A stretch of DNA of 64,000 nucleotides from Psilocybe cubensis (taxonomy: Eukaryota), in contig CM039006.1 in the NCBI GenBank assembly GCA_017499595.2, forward strand, positions 1,054,001 through 1,118,000. Reading direction: 5' to 3'. Shown piece by piece: positions 27,040 through 42,029 of this stretch. A program made the position numbers and the translations under genes. The notes beneath the pieces are model-generated. The model was not told where the DNA came from, did not search any database, and saw nothing but the letters and a program-made list of their open reading frames with translations. Position 1 is the first letter of the stretch. Every line of letters starts with the position of its first letter.

Positions 27040-27484
27040 ACTTTTTACGCAACAATAGTAAAGTAACAGACATTATATTCCACCAGTACAAACCCTAATT
27101 CGTAAGTTGAGTATGAATCATGCTTGCAAGATCGAAAAAAAAAACCAGTGAAACAAACTACGGAGAAGAAAGTCATAAATAGCGAACATCGTTGAACCGT
27201 GAGCGCCCAGAAGTTCCACATATATACCAAAGCAAAGTAAGGTAACACGGAAAATGAAAGGTCTAGGTGGCTGCGAACACAAGAGGTAGAAATGTTGTCA
27301 GTGAGGTCGGATAGATCACAAAACGTGAACATCACTGCAACATTACCATACACCTGAGTGCATCAGGGAAACCATGGCCGGATAACGGCCAATCCCAAAT
27401 CCAGTGACAGAACGACGCGGTGCCGCGAAGCGAATGCAAGAATCCCTCAAAGCGGAGAATATGCAAAAACATCGCCCCAGATGG

Positions 27485-29936
27485 TCAGCGAGCATCGACC
27501 GCAGATTTGTTCGCTGCGGCGTCAGACCACGTCTCAGAGTTCTCGTTCAGACTTCCCGAGACAGTCAACCACGCTTCAAGCCGTCGTCCAAGTTCTCCGC
27601 CCCTCCCACCACATATATCTCCATTGGTCGTCAGCATCTGCTCCTTCTCTTGCTCCTGAAGGATGGGCAGCTTTGAAGAAAGTTTGATCCCTCTGCCGGC
27701 GGCACCGACAGCCGCAGCAAACGCTTGGGTCCTGCCTCTCGAATCAGGATTCGAAGCATGGCCCTCGGCACCTGGTGAGCTGACAGCCGGGTGTGCTGCA
27801 GACAACACGTCTGCCGACCTGCCTGTCATGAACCACTCTTCCTCGAGTTCCTCAGGGCCCAAAATGCTCTCGACGAGGCCTTCCTCCCAACCGTCCCACT
27901 CGGCACATCGATGTGCAAGTCGCAGACGCGTCCCATGCATCTCGTAATAAAGCCATTCGTTACAGAGAGAAGCCAAGTTGACGTGTTTAGTGGTTTTAGG
28001 AAGCTGGACCGAAACTGTAGGATCCGTTGGCAATTGGGCTACCACTTCGCGGAAAATTTTTGAGAGGAAGGGGCTGGATTGAAGGAACGCTGGAACATGG
28101 GCGCAAGCCCAGAGTGGTCGAGTTGTAGTTGATTCCCAGTCAATAATACAAGTCTGAATAATTATTATCAATGAAAAAATAATTTTTAGCAAATGGGTGA
28201 CAACTGACGATTTTCGAGTTGTCCTGCTCATCGACAAATATGTTTTCGAGGCTGAGATCGTGGCAATCCAATCCAAATTCTTCTGGCCCATCATTTTTCT
28301 TCAACAGCTTGCCCAGCTTCTCCATCACCTGCATCCATCTACCCATCTCCTTTTTCACCGTTTCCTCCCGTTGAGACATATGAGCAACCAAGAAGGTACT
28401 CCTCTGCATCCGCCGATAGTCGCGATACATTGCGTCTCCTGGACCTTCCCACTCATCCTCGCTCTCAGACAAGTTCCATTCGTCACTTTCGTCACTCTCA
28501 TCTCCAGGCACGGCACGTACTCGATGGTGGCGCGAAGAATGGATCTCATCAGGATCCAAATGAAGTCGGTGCGGAGCAGACTTGCCCTCGTTTTCTCGAA
28601 CTACGCCTTCAATTTCTCGAGTGACGCAGGAAGCCAGGTACGATTCGGTTGTCGGCCAGGGACCCCGGTTCAATTCATGAGGGTGAAGGAGCTCTCCCCT
28701 ATTAGAGCCGAAGAACGGCCACGAGATAATAGGCCCGACGTGATGTTCGCGGGGAGTGGATTCCACACTGGATAAGGAGGTGGTGGACCCCCTTGGCGAG
28801 AAGGAAAGGCCAGCCATGTCTAGAGTGGGCGAGAATGGAAAGGCGGAATAATGATCTTGTGCAGCTTTGGGAGTAGGAGCGCCAGAAGTTACATTTAGGC
28901 GAGGGTCTGGTCCAAAGTAAAGCGATCCGATCGAAGAGAAGCGGTGAGCAAAGAGGGGAATAATAATGAGTGCGAGATTCTTGAGTAGCTTGACCAGGTC
29001 GTTGTAGGGTAGACTATGATAAACTTGGGATAGCGGGATCCCTTGTGCCTGAAATCACGTGACTAATTAACGAATGTCGTAACGACACCGAAGAGACGCA
29101 CTTTAGACATCAAAATAAATTCGCCACCTAATCGATTGTAAGGATTGGAATCGTAGTGATATATCTTGGAGACGGGTACATTTGTTTTGTGACGAAGATA
29201 GTGAATGGTAGCCACTTCGGACTCAGTTTTCAATCGGGGCATGAATCGACGCGCAACTCTAGCAACGAGTTGGACATGATCAGCAAGGGTGACAAGATAA
29301 GCCTACGGTGTGAGAGGAGTCAGCATAGTGAAATAAGAAAAGAGTCGAGCAGGGCACCTTATGGAAGGTACCTATGAAGGAAGACTATGTTTAGCATACA
29401 GCTACGCCGGTAAAGATCAAGCCGGGCTCACCAGCACTGAGGAATTTAATGCGCCCCACTTCAACACCCATCTTCTCGCGTACGACATCTTTCAGAATCT
29501 TTCTGTCGACCTCGAATGGAGTTGCTCCGTGCAGAGCGGCATCTGCCTTGCGTTCTTTCTTTCTGTCTTCATGTTCGATGCTCCATTCCCATATCAGCGG
29601 TTCCTGGGAGCTTGTCGCAGTGATTGTGGGCGTTTGGTCTGTGGGAGGTTCAGAAAGCGGAAGCGAGAGGTTGTGACCATTCCGATGCATTACAGAATGG
29701 TCCGAGATAGAAAACGAGAGGAAACCAGTTACTGAAGATGAGGATTGGCGGTCGTTATCAAGGGGCTCGGTCGGGTCTTTCTTTGGATGTAAACCGAAAT
29801 ATACGCCTGTTTGTACGGCGGCGTTCTTTACAGCACTATGAAGCGGGATTGGGAGGGTGAAAGAGGAGGGCAAGATGGGTTGTCATACGCACTGACTGTT
29901 GTTCAAATAGTTATGGCCCAAAGACTGCCCTCCCAT
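27485..29936 (-). CDS. APH/phosphotransferase-family (kinase-like) protein; start inferred, could be 30009
   Basis: IKFLSAG-TFH, RRFMPRLKTESEVATI, YDSNPYNRLGGEFILMSK, HRFSSIGSLYF, DCHDLSLENIFVD, IIDWEST. Confidence 0.8.
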
Positions 29937-32900
29937 TTGCTTGTCCTTGTTTGTCCTGCCTTTCGTGCCGTTACCCTGTTCACTTGTCTCGCCCAATGGG
30001 ATTGCCATCAACAACAAACTCGAGATCGCGTGGGGCCAATTTTAAAAGGGGCCTCGTACAAGGAGGTATGGTCAGGGAGTGGAACAGAAGAAAAGCGGAT
30101 TTACGTTTCCATGTGCGGAGGGCCTTAAGTACTCCTCCACCCACTCATATTGATTTCAGGAGCCGCCAGGGCCACGTTCTTGGGAATCAATGTCCTTCCT
30201 TTTTTTTACCTTTGGGACAAAAACTCCGTGCAGGCTCGGGCAAGAGGAAGTTGCCCGTACGGCCAACCCGCGTTCCTAATTCCGATGCAGAAGACATGGG
30301 ATAAATGACGACGATACGGTCCTCCAAGGTTACCCGACATGATAAATCATTACATACGCAGCTTATGCCCACATCTGTCCGTCCTTGCAGTGCTCTTTGC
30401 AGTCGCTGAACCGAAGTACTGTCATCCACAGAACCATTCCTTCGCACAATCCTTTGTTCACATGGAATCAGTGTCACAATTCCGATTTAGGCTTTCCTGT
30501 CCTCTCGCAGTCAATATTTTCAACCCTTATCGAGGATTCGAAGCACTTTATTCGTCAGAATTCAAAGCAGCTTTGACGTTACGCAGAGTACACATGGAGT
30601 TCAAAAGGTAAAAATAATAGCGCCAAGACCGTGCCAAGGTATGTGTTAGCGTTAACAGTGTCAACACACTCGGGTCACCGTTCGAGCTAGTCCATAAACG
30701 ACAAGACGACGACGAGCTGTAATAATGATTTATGATCGATAGTCGTTTCCTATCCGTTTTATGACTTGCATAACAATTTAGCGGCGACGGACAATTCCAA
30801 AAAATTCCTGCGATGTATCATCAACGATTCATAATTATCTTCTTGATGGGCCAGAGAACCCGCCACCCCATACCCCACCGGATAATTCCGTCCTGTTGCG
30901 AAAGGTCTGTGTATTTCTTCTCAGGCCTCGTCGTCGTACAGAACTCACTGATTCATTTTCTGGCATACGTAGCAGTGGCGTTTATCATGTCGCTTGAAGT
31001 ATCATGATTAACTATCCGGCAGTGCCACTGACGACAGTGCGTTATGTGAGTGCATCGCGCTCAGCTTTCCACGTACATAAATGCAGATCTCCGCAGTTCA
31101 TGAACCCTGCAATGCACCAATCTAACGCTATCTAACCGAGAACCAATTGAACAGGGTCGGGGATAGAGTGGTCTGCTATAGGTTGGTCTAAATGCCTGTG
31201 AGAAAGGGGATGGAGGCAGATGACGAACCTTGTTGGCACCGTATCTCTCAGACTTTTCATTCTAATGACTTCGCACTCCAAAGAGCCATTTGCTTTAGTA
31301 CCAAAATGTGGAATACGACACTGGCCAAGACGATTGCTAAACCTGCTCGGCGATGGATATCTAAGAATAACGACGGCATCTCCGGTCTGATTTATTTCTA
31401 CGCGCCCAATGATTGATATAACGTTGTTTTAGCCCAGGAAGTGGTCGTTTGAAACCCTCCACGTAGCGCCGGAGCTCAATTGGTAGACACAATAAAGCGC
31501 CACATCACCTCCCGGCACAGTCGCTTATCAATATCCGTACCATTAGTTTCACATTGCAATTACTTGTTATTTGTGATCCTTTCAATACGATGGAATTGCC
31601 CAGCGGCGGACTTGACGATGCTACATAAGTACTCTGCTGGCCACAAGCGGGGTTAACGATTTCCAAAAATAATTATGGCCGCTACATACCTCGCATATCA
31701 CGTCTATCTTTGTCTCTATCCGACTAGGCGAAGTATTGTAGGGGTTGGATAGCGCTTTGAATAGGACCCCACATAGTAGCACCACTCATCGAGGACCAAT
31801 CGATTCAATTCTGACCGGGGAAGCCCGTTTTGATCTCATATCATAGCTTATTATGAGCAGCCAGTTGTGAAAGAGGGAAGAGTTTAACTGAATCCAATGG
31901 TCACCAACGCGGTCTCTTTGACATTTACCACATGAGCATCCCACATGACCAATGACAAAAGGTGGATGATATTAACATTGTCTAGAGAGGCCCAGAGACC
32001 CTAAAGCATCAAGCAATAACCCCGAACATGGCTTCGTCCCCTTTCCAAGAAATTTAATGCATCTATCCTGCGGACGATTGATGCAAAATTATATGTTAAA
32101 AAGCAAACTTCGATGTGATTCAGCAGGTGTATCCAAGCCTTGGCATTAGCTACTGCTGACCTTTCAATTAGTGCAAATTTGGAACGTGAAAGACCTTTTA
32201 CAGATTACTCTCTTTGCTCAGTCAGAACGTTGTTGATTTCAAATTTGTCTCCAAGATCATTGACCAACATTGGGAACATTGGGATGAAATAAAAGCTTTA
32301 TGACAATATTTCGCACGAAGGTGCTTATATATGGGTATTTGCATTACAAATGTTACTAAACTCAACTTTTCATCATAATCTTATCACAAATGGCTGCTAT
32401 TAGACCCTTTATCGAATGCAGATCATTTCTGTTGACGCAACGACATTGGACAAAGGTTTCGAGATAGTAAAAGTATTTTTCTGTTGGAGACTTCTTGCTA
32501 AAATACCATACTTTGTCCGGAAGAAACATTTTGCGTGCGATACCCACAACGATACTGGCATGCAACGATCGTGACACTACTGCTTTACCAAGCTACGAAG
32601 ATAAATGAGTCAGGCAACATAATTATAATGGTGACAGCATTTTAGGTAGTACATATACTAATAGTAGGTTAGACCTTTTTCCGTAGTGGAACAATCTTTA
32701 GAAATAGGTTACGTAGATCGGATATCAAAGAATCTTTAATTATAGTACTTATTGCTAGGATGGTGGAGGAAATAATACAGAATGGCACATAACTAATACA
32801 AGGCTATAGTGTGCTGCAACATAATAGTTATAATAGTTATCTTGGATGTGGTGCAGTAAAACAAGAAAGACGATGTGTGCAAAAAACGAAAACAAATATA

Positions 32901-33076
32901 AGGATCTAACAAACTACAGAGAATGTTGATGGCAGTTGCAATGATCACCATATTGTTGCAAGATGAAGGGAATGAGGTGTCAACTTGAATAGCTAGTCAC
33001 AGGTATGGGTGTGTCAAAGTTGTTCTGATGAGAAAAGGAATGAAATGAATAGAGAAGGTCAGCGTCACATTGCATA

Positions 33077-35269
33077 TCATGCCCACGTGCGGCTTATAAT
33101 AAAGGCACAGTCGAAGCACATACTGGATTACGCACCTTTCAGTGGGATCAGAACAAATAACCTCTCCAATTCTCGTATTCAGCCAATGCATCACATCTTC
33201 CCCCAGATTCGTACATTCATGCAGTTCAAGTCGCGATAATCTTACTGGGGTAACACCACCAACCACCTGTGCTGTTCCACTGTGTGGGTTCCTGGCTTCA
33301 ACCATTTGGACTAGTTTGTTCACCCCCTCATTATGAGCATGACAGCTGCGAAGGCCCAAGACTTCCAATGCTGGGCATGCCCACACCGGATTTTGGTTTT
33401 GACTCGGATCGTCCTCCGGTGAACCCAGTGCCGTGAGTAAAATCTCGAGTGAGGTACCACCAATGTTCAAAGTTTTCAAGTGTATAAGCTCTGAGAGAAG
33501 GGCCGTCCAATGTACGACAAGACCACTAGGCCCATAGTATAAGGTCGTTGAGTTAGGACCGGCGCTATATGCTAACGAAAGATGTTGAAGAGGAGGCCGA
33601 CCGGAGCGTGTGAGGAGGCCGGAAATGACATCTTCAACTGTATCTCTAGGTTCGATGTCTAATGTTAGAGATTCCAAGCTTGGAAGGGTCAGGGATTCGA
33701 GAAGTTGTGTGAGAAGGAAGTGCCCTCCTAGAGTCAGTGAAGTCACATGGGGGAGAACTAACACGCTTAGTGGAAGAATAGCAGGCAGGATGCCCTGAAA
33801 ATGAAGTGAAACAGTTTTTAGTTGAGGGTTGTTTGACAGGATGTGCAAAACCCTGTCTAAAGGTAGATGCGATGTTGGAAGACCACGCAGGTGAATTTTA
33901 TGAAGACCACGAAGCATAGGGGAGGACCATTTGAAGGGAGTATGCTGAAGCGTAAGGGACCGTAGTTGTGGCAGAATTACTGATGAAGAAGAAGCATTCA
34001 CGTTAGGCAGCCACGGCCATTCCGCAAAGAAACCCGCTTCCGTGCTTGACACTTCGAACTCTTTCAAAAGAGGTGCATCTCCTGGTAACATAAATATCAG
34101 TCAGGGGCGTGTCGTGGATTGCCCAAACATACCATTTATGGATTTCAACGCTCCCATTGATGTGAATTGCTTATCGAACCGGAACACGAACCTCTCCCAT
34201 CGATGCATTTGTTCTACTAGGTAGAAAAACGCGATATGTCCCCAGTGCATGCTGGCTTTGGATATAGTGTTTGTTGTTTTTTCAACAGCGGAGGACGTGC
34301 CCCAGCCGTCGAGATGAGGGGGAGGAGAAGGAGGCATTATGATGGCGACATTTCCTACAGTTGGAGGAAGTGGAGCATGAGCGACAACAAAATGGGGTGA
34401 AGAGTTCTGAGCTGGAAAGGAGATGTTCCAACCAGGAATTGAAATAGGTGTTAGCGGCGAAGACGTACGTCTCGTTCGAATTGCAGTAGCTTCTGGGCTG
34501 TGTTTCGTATTTGCGACCCGCAGGAAAATCTCAATATCAAGGGGAACATTATCTCCCGAGCGCTCAATCCATAGCCGAATTGTGTCTGCGGACGAATGTT
34601 GCGTCGTTAGAAGACGAATCTGTGCATATATCGTTAGCACCTATAATTGAGTTGCCCTCCGAAGGTAAATTGTTTCTATCAATAGAGGTATTCCGGTCTC
34701 CTGAAGTGAACGAAAAGAACGGCTAGAACACAATAGAAGGTTGGATATCGGATAATGGAGGATATGACACTGCAAGTATGCAAATGACTCGAATTGCAAT
34801 GCGTTTTTGAAGAACAATGGTGCAAATAACTCCCACAATCGGTGCGGAATAGAACGGCCCGCTAAAAGTTGCGAACGATATACTGATAACTCACTTTCGA
34901 CCAGATGAGAGGCGTCTTCAGTGCTAATCGTCTCCATGACCTAGACACAGCTGCCAACACCCACGCCGAGCAAGGATGGTCCTCATACGTCCACATGAAG
35001 ACTTCTCTGAGTAGTTCCATTGGAAGCCTCCGAATTGGACTGAGATAGGCCATGGTCTTTGCGACCTGCTTTTCGAGAACGGAACGCTGTGCTTGCAGCT
35101 CGTTGATAGCGTATTGAGACTCGCGAACGATTTGGGCCAAAGTTGCTTCTGCAACATCGATTTTGGTGGTCAGCTCCTGCATCGAGGTACGTATCGTCTC
35201 AAGTGCTCGTCGAGCATCCTCCAAAGTCTCTTTCGTAGGTGGTTCTGGAAAGTCTGATACTAAGGGCAT
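33077..35269 (-). CDS. Coiled-coil + F-box + RNI/LRR-like protein
   Basis: LSPIRRLPMELLREVF...LAAVSRSWRRLALKTPLIWSK, with downstream LxxLxL repeats (PQLRSLTL, PSLESLTL, CPALEVLGL). Confidence 0.8.
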
Positions 35270-36667
35270 TGGAAGTCAAGAGTGAGTGAAATTAGAGACA
35301 ATGGTGGAAAGACGAAATCATATAAACATACCTCTGGGCAGTTCCACCAGAAATAAACAGCCTACATTCTGTCATTCAAACTCCGATGCCGTCCGGGCTT
35401 CGGGAGCGAGTCGAAGAACTGCCATGGATTTGCAGAGTTTACAACAAAAAGCCTAATGTGGCATAGTTCTTGACTCGATGTGATGTCCCTCATGGCTCAC
35501 AACAAAAACATCTTCGAGAATAGGCAAGTTGATTCACGGAAAGTGAACTCAGCCCAAACGAAGTGTCACTGCGGGGTCCAAGGGTCGAATGTGGGTTGGA
35601 TCGTGTCGGTTTTCCATCGGCCACATTGACGCCTCGAGGCGATAGAACACGAGGCAAACGTCCTGCAACAGCATGTTGTGGACGATGTGATGATTCCTAT
35701 TCTTGCGTCTTCGTGTCAAATAACGCAGAAGGAGATAGAAACCACGGATATACTATGTAATGCAGTGCCTTTTGTCTTGAGGAGGATTCAGAACCAGTAC
35801 CGTCCCTTTGAGTCCAGGATGACCAAAATGCTTTTGTAGTCAGAAGCAGATGAAACGTCGTCATATGGAAAAGGAAACAGAAAGGAAAGGTCCAAAACAT
35901 GAGCGCCATATTCAGATTTGCGGTTAGAGAGAAGTTGTTAACTTTACTTCAGTTGCAGTGGCTCAGGTGCCTTCCCAATTTCTTCTAATATTTCCGATTC
36001 ATGTGAGCTCTTCTTCAGAAGCCACATGGACAGACATGTCTTTATCTTTTGCGTTTGATACAGACACAGTAATATACTTGAATGGGTGGGACGTGTTGAA
36101 GAAAAGCGATTCAGAGAGGAGTGGAGGAGATTGATCATGATAAGAATAAAGCGCTTACTGAATAGTTCACTATCACGATGCGGATTACCGGAACCGAATG
36201 TAATTAGGCGAATATTAAACACGCATAGGTTCAGGCTATTTAAATAAAATGCAGTTCATAAACTTGAGAATTAAGGTCGATATCGTGGCGAAGTGGTAAA
36301 TTGTCACTCGAGCTTTGCACGAGGAAGATCTCCGCCGACAGAGTGAAGGTGGTATTGACTTAACGAGCAAGCAGAACCTTAGCGATATGAATGGCAGATA
36401 ACGGGTCAAGGTCGTGCAACGCATACAGGCGAAGATAGTCTATGAAAACATATTAAACGTATAGGAAGACCAGCGAGATTTCTACTATACAAAACGTGAA
36501 AAAGTTTTAAATGAAATTGTACAACGAGTTGAACTCGGATTGACGTGGTTTCGTTGGAATGGATCTAGATATGATGGTTTGAACAAGAGCACTTGCACGC
36601 AATTATCCTCATTGAACGCGACGTAATTGTGCCATTTGTTCGAGGAAATTGCGTCGCATCGGTGCTT

Positions 36668-37258
36668 TCATTTCTTCCCGGCTTCAATGGCGTCACCATT
36701 TTTGCATGCGATAATTTTGATCCTCGAGGCATTGACCATGTCATTTGATTCCATTTTGAAGGTTGGATTTTTGATTATAAACGTCCACACGTCATCACAA
36801 AGTCGGTAGGTGCGCAAGTGACCCTAAAATATAGAGGAACACAAACAAGTTGACGCTTTTACGCAGCAGGAGGAAATGACGGCGCACCTTCAACGATGTC
36901 TTGGTCTTCACCTGCTTTACCATTGTATCCGCCAGAGACTTGTCAAACTAGGTGTATTTGTAAGATCATGTTATTGAAAGGGGCCGGGTTCATGGTCATT
37001 GGTGTGGATGCCAACAACCGTCGGTGCCAAAGCAAGGGCAACACGCTGTGGCTCCAAAGCGACGGACATACCTGCTGTAGAACCTTCATCGCTAGCTGAG
37101 GTGTAATGGCACCACTGGTGATAAGCTCATCCAGCGAGTCGGTCAGAGCCATGCCAATCCTGACGGTCCAATGGAAACGAGTTGAAACGTTAGTACAAGA
37201 ACATTACGAAACACACGCACGATGAACCTCGGTAAAACTCATAATAAGCAGATGCCAT
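36668..37258 (-). CDS. TOA2: Transcription initiation factor IIA gamma (small) subunit
   Basis: Spliced [46 protein letters not shown]...[19 protein letters not shown]...IKIIACK. Confidence 0.95.
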
Positions 37259-37744
37259 AGCTATTGAAAGAGAGTGTACAAGTGTTCGAGCTGAGTAATA
37301 TGGAGGAAGTGACTGGTGAAGGTGGTGGAAGTTGCTTCCAAGCTCTGGTGACTAACCGAGGACACAAACAAGAGGTTGTCACACCTCGGATTACATATGC
37401 AACGTGACAAGTGGCGGTGCACTTGACATTCCGATGCGGCACGTCAATTTACGGGAAAAACCGAAAAGTCTTGGCCTTGTAAATCTCATGCTTTTACATC
37501 GTCTTTCGTCTTGGGAAAGACGACGGTGTCAGCATAAAATTGTGATAAAATATATTTGATCAAACATTCCGTGATACGGTAACGAAGAAATGTCCATCTT
37601 CGTCACTACGCAAGGGTACGCCAACTTGCCATCACTTTATCACGATAAGCAGGCTCAGAAGATCCCAGCCTAGAATATATTGCAAAAAAGACATTAACTT
37701 CGTTTAAGCTTATCTAGGTGCTGCACAGCGTTACGGATATGGCC

Positions 37745-39965
37745 TTATGCATTTGCGCAGGCTTGCTCGACAAGTTGTTGCGCAGTGACGCTTCGAGGGG
37801 TGATTGAACACTTGAATGGCTTCTTATGTCTGCATAGATATATAAGTCTTAGGAATACACATACAAGGGATAATCACAACTTACGTGAGGAATCCAAAGT
37901 CAACATATTCGTCGGTAATGTCTATCTCGTTTCCTGATTCGTCACGAGCTTTCCCAATATTGAAGGCCGCCAGAATAGAAACCATGGCCATCCATAGCTA
38001 TATAAACGAGATTCAACGCTGTTGAAAGGCTAAAAAATGGGAAAGCGACTTACAATATTGCTTGCCATGTGCTTTCCGACACAAACACTGTAAAAGATAG
38101 ATAAGTTTGAGGAGGTCTTTATACAACTTAAGAGAATGAACTTGCCGTCTCCCAAATCCGTAAGTCAAGACACGATCATCGTCATTCAGAGTTCCATCGG
38201 CATTAAAGAAACGTTCGGGCCTAAAAATATCAGGCTGGGAGTAGACCGATTCATCATGTGTCATCGCCCTACCGAATCGACGGTGTTTGTGAGCGTCTAC
38301 ATTTAAATAAATTGTCTAGGGAATGAATTTACCATATGTTTGCGAGAACCGTTGTTCCTAGTATGTGATAAGGGTATCCGTCAGAGATGTTTCTTGGTCA
38401 ATGAGAGCAGAGGAAATACCTTTCGGGATAAAATAACCGTCATAGATGTCATCCTCAGCTGCTGTATGAGGAATACCTACCGGGCTAGGAGGTTTCCACC
38501 GAAGGACTTCGCGATATATAGCTTCAGCATAAGGCATCATGGGACGATCCTCAAATTCTGGAAGACGTTTGGTGCCGATGATCGAGTCAATTTCAGCGTG
38601 GGCTTTCTTTTGAACGTCGGGATTTACGGCCATGAGATAAATGAAGGTCCCAAGGGTGGATACGGTCTGTAATGTTTATACATATTGTCAGAATTTTATA
38701 TACTCAGAATCTGAAAGGGTAACTTACTGTATCGGAACCGCCTGTAAAAATTGGAGAATGTTAATTTGACTAGCATGTGTCAACTTGTTACTTACCCGCA
38801 TACACCGTCGGTGCAATGCTAAGTACAGCTGCCTCCTCTTCCTCTGAAACGCCGACCGTCTGCTTCCTTTCGAGGAACTCAGCCACAAACGATGGCGCGG
38901 CAGTACCTTTGGACTAGTCGCATCATTAACAAAATATTTTGTTGGTAAATCGGAATGATTACCATTTGTGATTTGACGAAGTCCAGGGGAATCTGCTGCA
39001 TGTCTTCGGTTAATTTCCTAACTCTTTCCGCAGCCTTACGAGATGATGCTCCAGGGAACCATGCGGGAACGTGCTTCAGAATTGGGAGAATATTGATGAG
39101 ACTCCCTCCAGGCGCAATCAGTTGTATACTTAAGTTCAGACTCTTGTCTGCCGCAATAATACAAGGATCTTTAGGAGATTGCACGTCGTATCCGTACATC
39201 GAGGCCATAGGGATTGCGATAGCTAACCTATCAGAGGCGTTAGATTTCGGGTAAATGCCCACCTGATCTGGGGCCAAAAATATTAGAGAAAGTTAGGCAC
39301 GCACATTTTATTGTGATAAGCGAAATCGTTGGGATCGCTAAGCAATCCTCCTAGTGCTTGGTGTACCTTGCGCTGTATCACCCAGTTGAAGTTTTCCATC
39401 GATCCCTGACGGAACATCTGCTGGGTGATTTTTCTGCACAATCGCCACTTGTCCCCATAGCCCATGAAAGCCATGTTGTAGGAGAGACCAACCCTGTAGA
39501 GATCATACATGAGTGTATATTAGCATACACAAGGAAGAAAGACAAAAAGAATATTGACATCTCAGCGAGTGGGAAATGGGGACGATCTGAATATTTCTGT
39601 GCCCTTCTCTCGAATAACTCATCTGCCGCTTCTTTCTTGTTTAGAACTATGACATGGGTTCCGAAGGCCGTTGCATGTAAGATGCTGCCTAAAGTATTTA
39701 TTAGCTTTGCTCAGAAAAAAATAATGCGGATACTAGACGAACTTGCGTGTAATTTTTCCCACCTCACGTACTCCTGGCCGATATCTTTTGTAGGAAAGTC
39801 AAGGGCATTTCCAATGATAGGTAGTCCTTTAGGTCCGGGAGGAAGTGGGGCCAACTGTTTTGCAGGAAACAACAGTTTCTTGAGGAAGTACAAAGTCGGA
39901 AAGAGGCAGAGTAGAACTATAGCGCTGGTAGACATCCCGTTGTCTGTAAACGAGAGTGAGAACAT
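37745..39965 (-). CDS. Cytochrome P450 (CYP64 clan, CYP5144-like), copy 1; start may be 39935
   Basis: PPGPKGLPIIGN, AGGSDT (I-helix), REVLRW, FRPERF, heme motif YGFGRR-VCVG. Confidence 0.92.
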
Positions 39966-42029
39966 GGCAGCCCACAAAAAGAAAAAAGCCAAGTTATTAC
40001 AAAAGTGATGTCAGAAAACAAATAGATTATGAAGAAGTTTCGGGACTTGAATGAATCTGATGGACGGCTAACTCACCGTTGGTTTTAAATTTGGCAATAA
40101 ATAAGTACTCCTCGATTAAGAATTTAAATTTGTGAGTGAAGTTTGTATATTTCAGGGCAAAGATAAACGCTATATTCTACTCCCTCAGTATGACACTGAG
40201 AAATTGTCCATATTTCGCCAACTCAACTTATAATTAAAGAATCTAATCGTCTCCGTCTTTTAACGGTGCTAATTATACAAGCGACAACCAATTGCTTTAT
40301 AACATTACCCTCATACGCGATTTTACACTCGAAATCGTTTCTCACCTTGTGCTGATTTAACTTAAAATCTTAATGAGCGTCAATCACTGTTTAACCGGCA
40401 ACCCCTCAAGCTGTCGGAAGCACTGGCTACAGTCAGGGGTGCGAATGAGGGCTGCCGCCTTCGGCAGTATGACACTAGCTTAGCCGAACTCGGCCGCATG
40501 AGGCTGCAATCAAACCAACAGCACACCAAAAGTCAATATTTCTACTGCTTTCTACTTACTATATATCTATAAGCTGTACATGTAACCGCCCTTTAAAATA
40601 CTGTTTCTATTCCATATTTCCAATTAGTAGTTAGTTTACGATATACCGATGTATGATGATATTTGGCATGTGTTTGATGATGCATACAACAGCATTGGAT
40701 GCAAGCAAAGACGACAAGACAACTTGATATTCCGTCTCAACTCAAAACCCTCATCCAACTCTGATTGATTTCATGCCCTGTCAACTTGATGTCAACTAAT
40801 CCAATGCATAACGACCATTTATCCTTTCGATACCCAATCGCCTCCTGTCTACTCCACGAACCGCGAACCGCAAACGCCAATTTGACTTTGTACGGGGATG
40901 AAAGTCGAGATCTCGGGTTTGAATTTGTTGTGTCCTGGTCGCGCCCGAGGATCCATCCGACGACCTTTGGGTGATTGAAGCTGTGATCAGATCCATTCCA
41001 TTCACCACACCGTCCTCTCCTTCACTGTGCGTAATCCATTTCCCAATCTTTTCATGCATTTTCATCCAATTTTGCATCCGCTGTCATGGGCAAGGTCAGA
41101 TCATTCAGTGGTGAGCCTGACCATTTTATTATATCGCGCTTCTATTTCTCTTTCTCTGTCTCCTTTTTCCCATTCGTAATCGAAAGCGCAATAGTACAAC
41201 CAGAAATCACGAAACACAAAACACGCAGTACTCCAAACAGTTCAAACGCTCCCTGTACCCTATGAATATGTATAGATGGATTGACGGATTGTAGTCGACG
41301 TCGGCATCGGTTGCGAAGGATCGCTTTGAGGCTTCTGCGCTCTCTGTTCTGCATGTCTTTCTGTGTATCTCATGTCTGCTTTATGGGCTTGTTGGGTCTT
41401 ATTCTTTTCTTCCCACCTGTCCCCTCTCTTTTTTCTTCTTTTTTTCTGCTCTATGTTGGTGTTCTTTGGCAGCTGACTGACATGTTACAGATAAAGATGA
41501 ACGCAAAGGTGATTGAGAAGCTGCATTGTGGGCACTCGGAGTATACTCGCCTCGAAGTTTCGCTCGTCGAGTGCATGGATCCATACGAAACTAGATGTGC
41601 TTCTAGTGGCGTACTTGTCCCAGAGGTGGAAGCAGGTACGTGGCCAGGGATGCGAATGCAGCTTCTACTCTGCTGTGTATACTGTCAGCCTGTGCCTTTT
41701 CTTTTACTTTTCGTCAGGTCAAGCCATGTTGCCCATGGGTACTAAGACAGAACAGGAAATTCGTCCTCGTTTTGAAAACTTTGAAGGCACAGCTTGCTTT
41801 AGACTGCGAAATCCACTACTGTGTCTATGTTCACCTCTCGATCACTGTCTATTTCACACAACTCGCGATACACATGGGAAAGATATAGGTACAGTAAGCT
41901 TACAAGGTTTTATCGCACTGTGAATTCTGTGTAGGGTCTTTGAGGACACTGGCGTGAACCCCAAACGGTGACTTACACTTTGTTATATTTAAGTTCAGTC
42001 TTGGGAGGTTCACAGGTATAGGTGTAGAG

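Noticed and set aside
30100-32900. Gene-poor stretch, also 12100-15400 and 50000-52300
   Set aside because: No consistent spliced ORF, repeat or RNA motif could be supported by eye.
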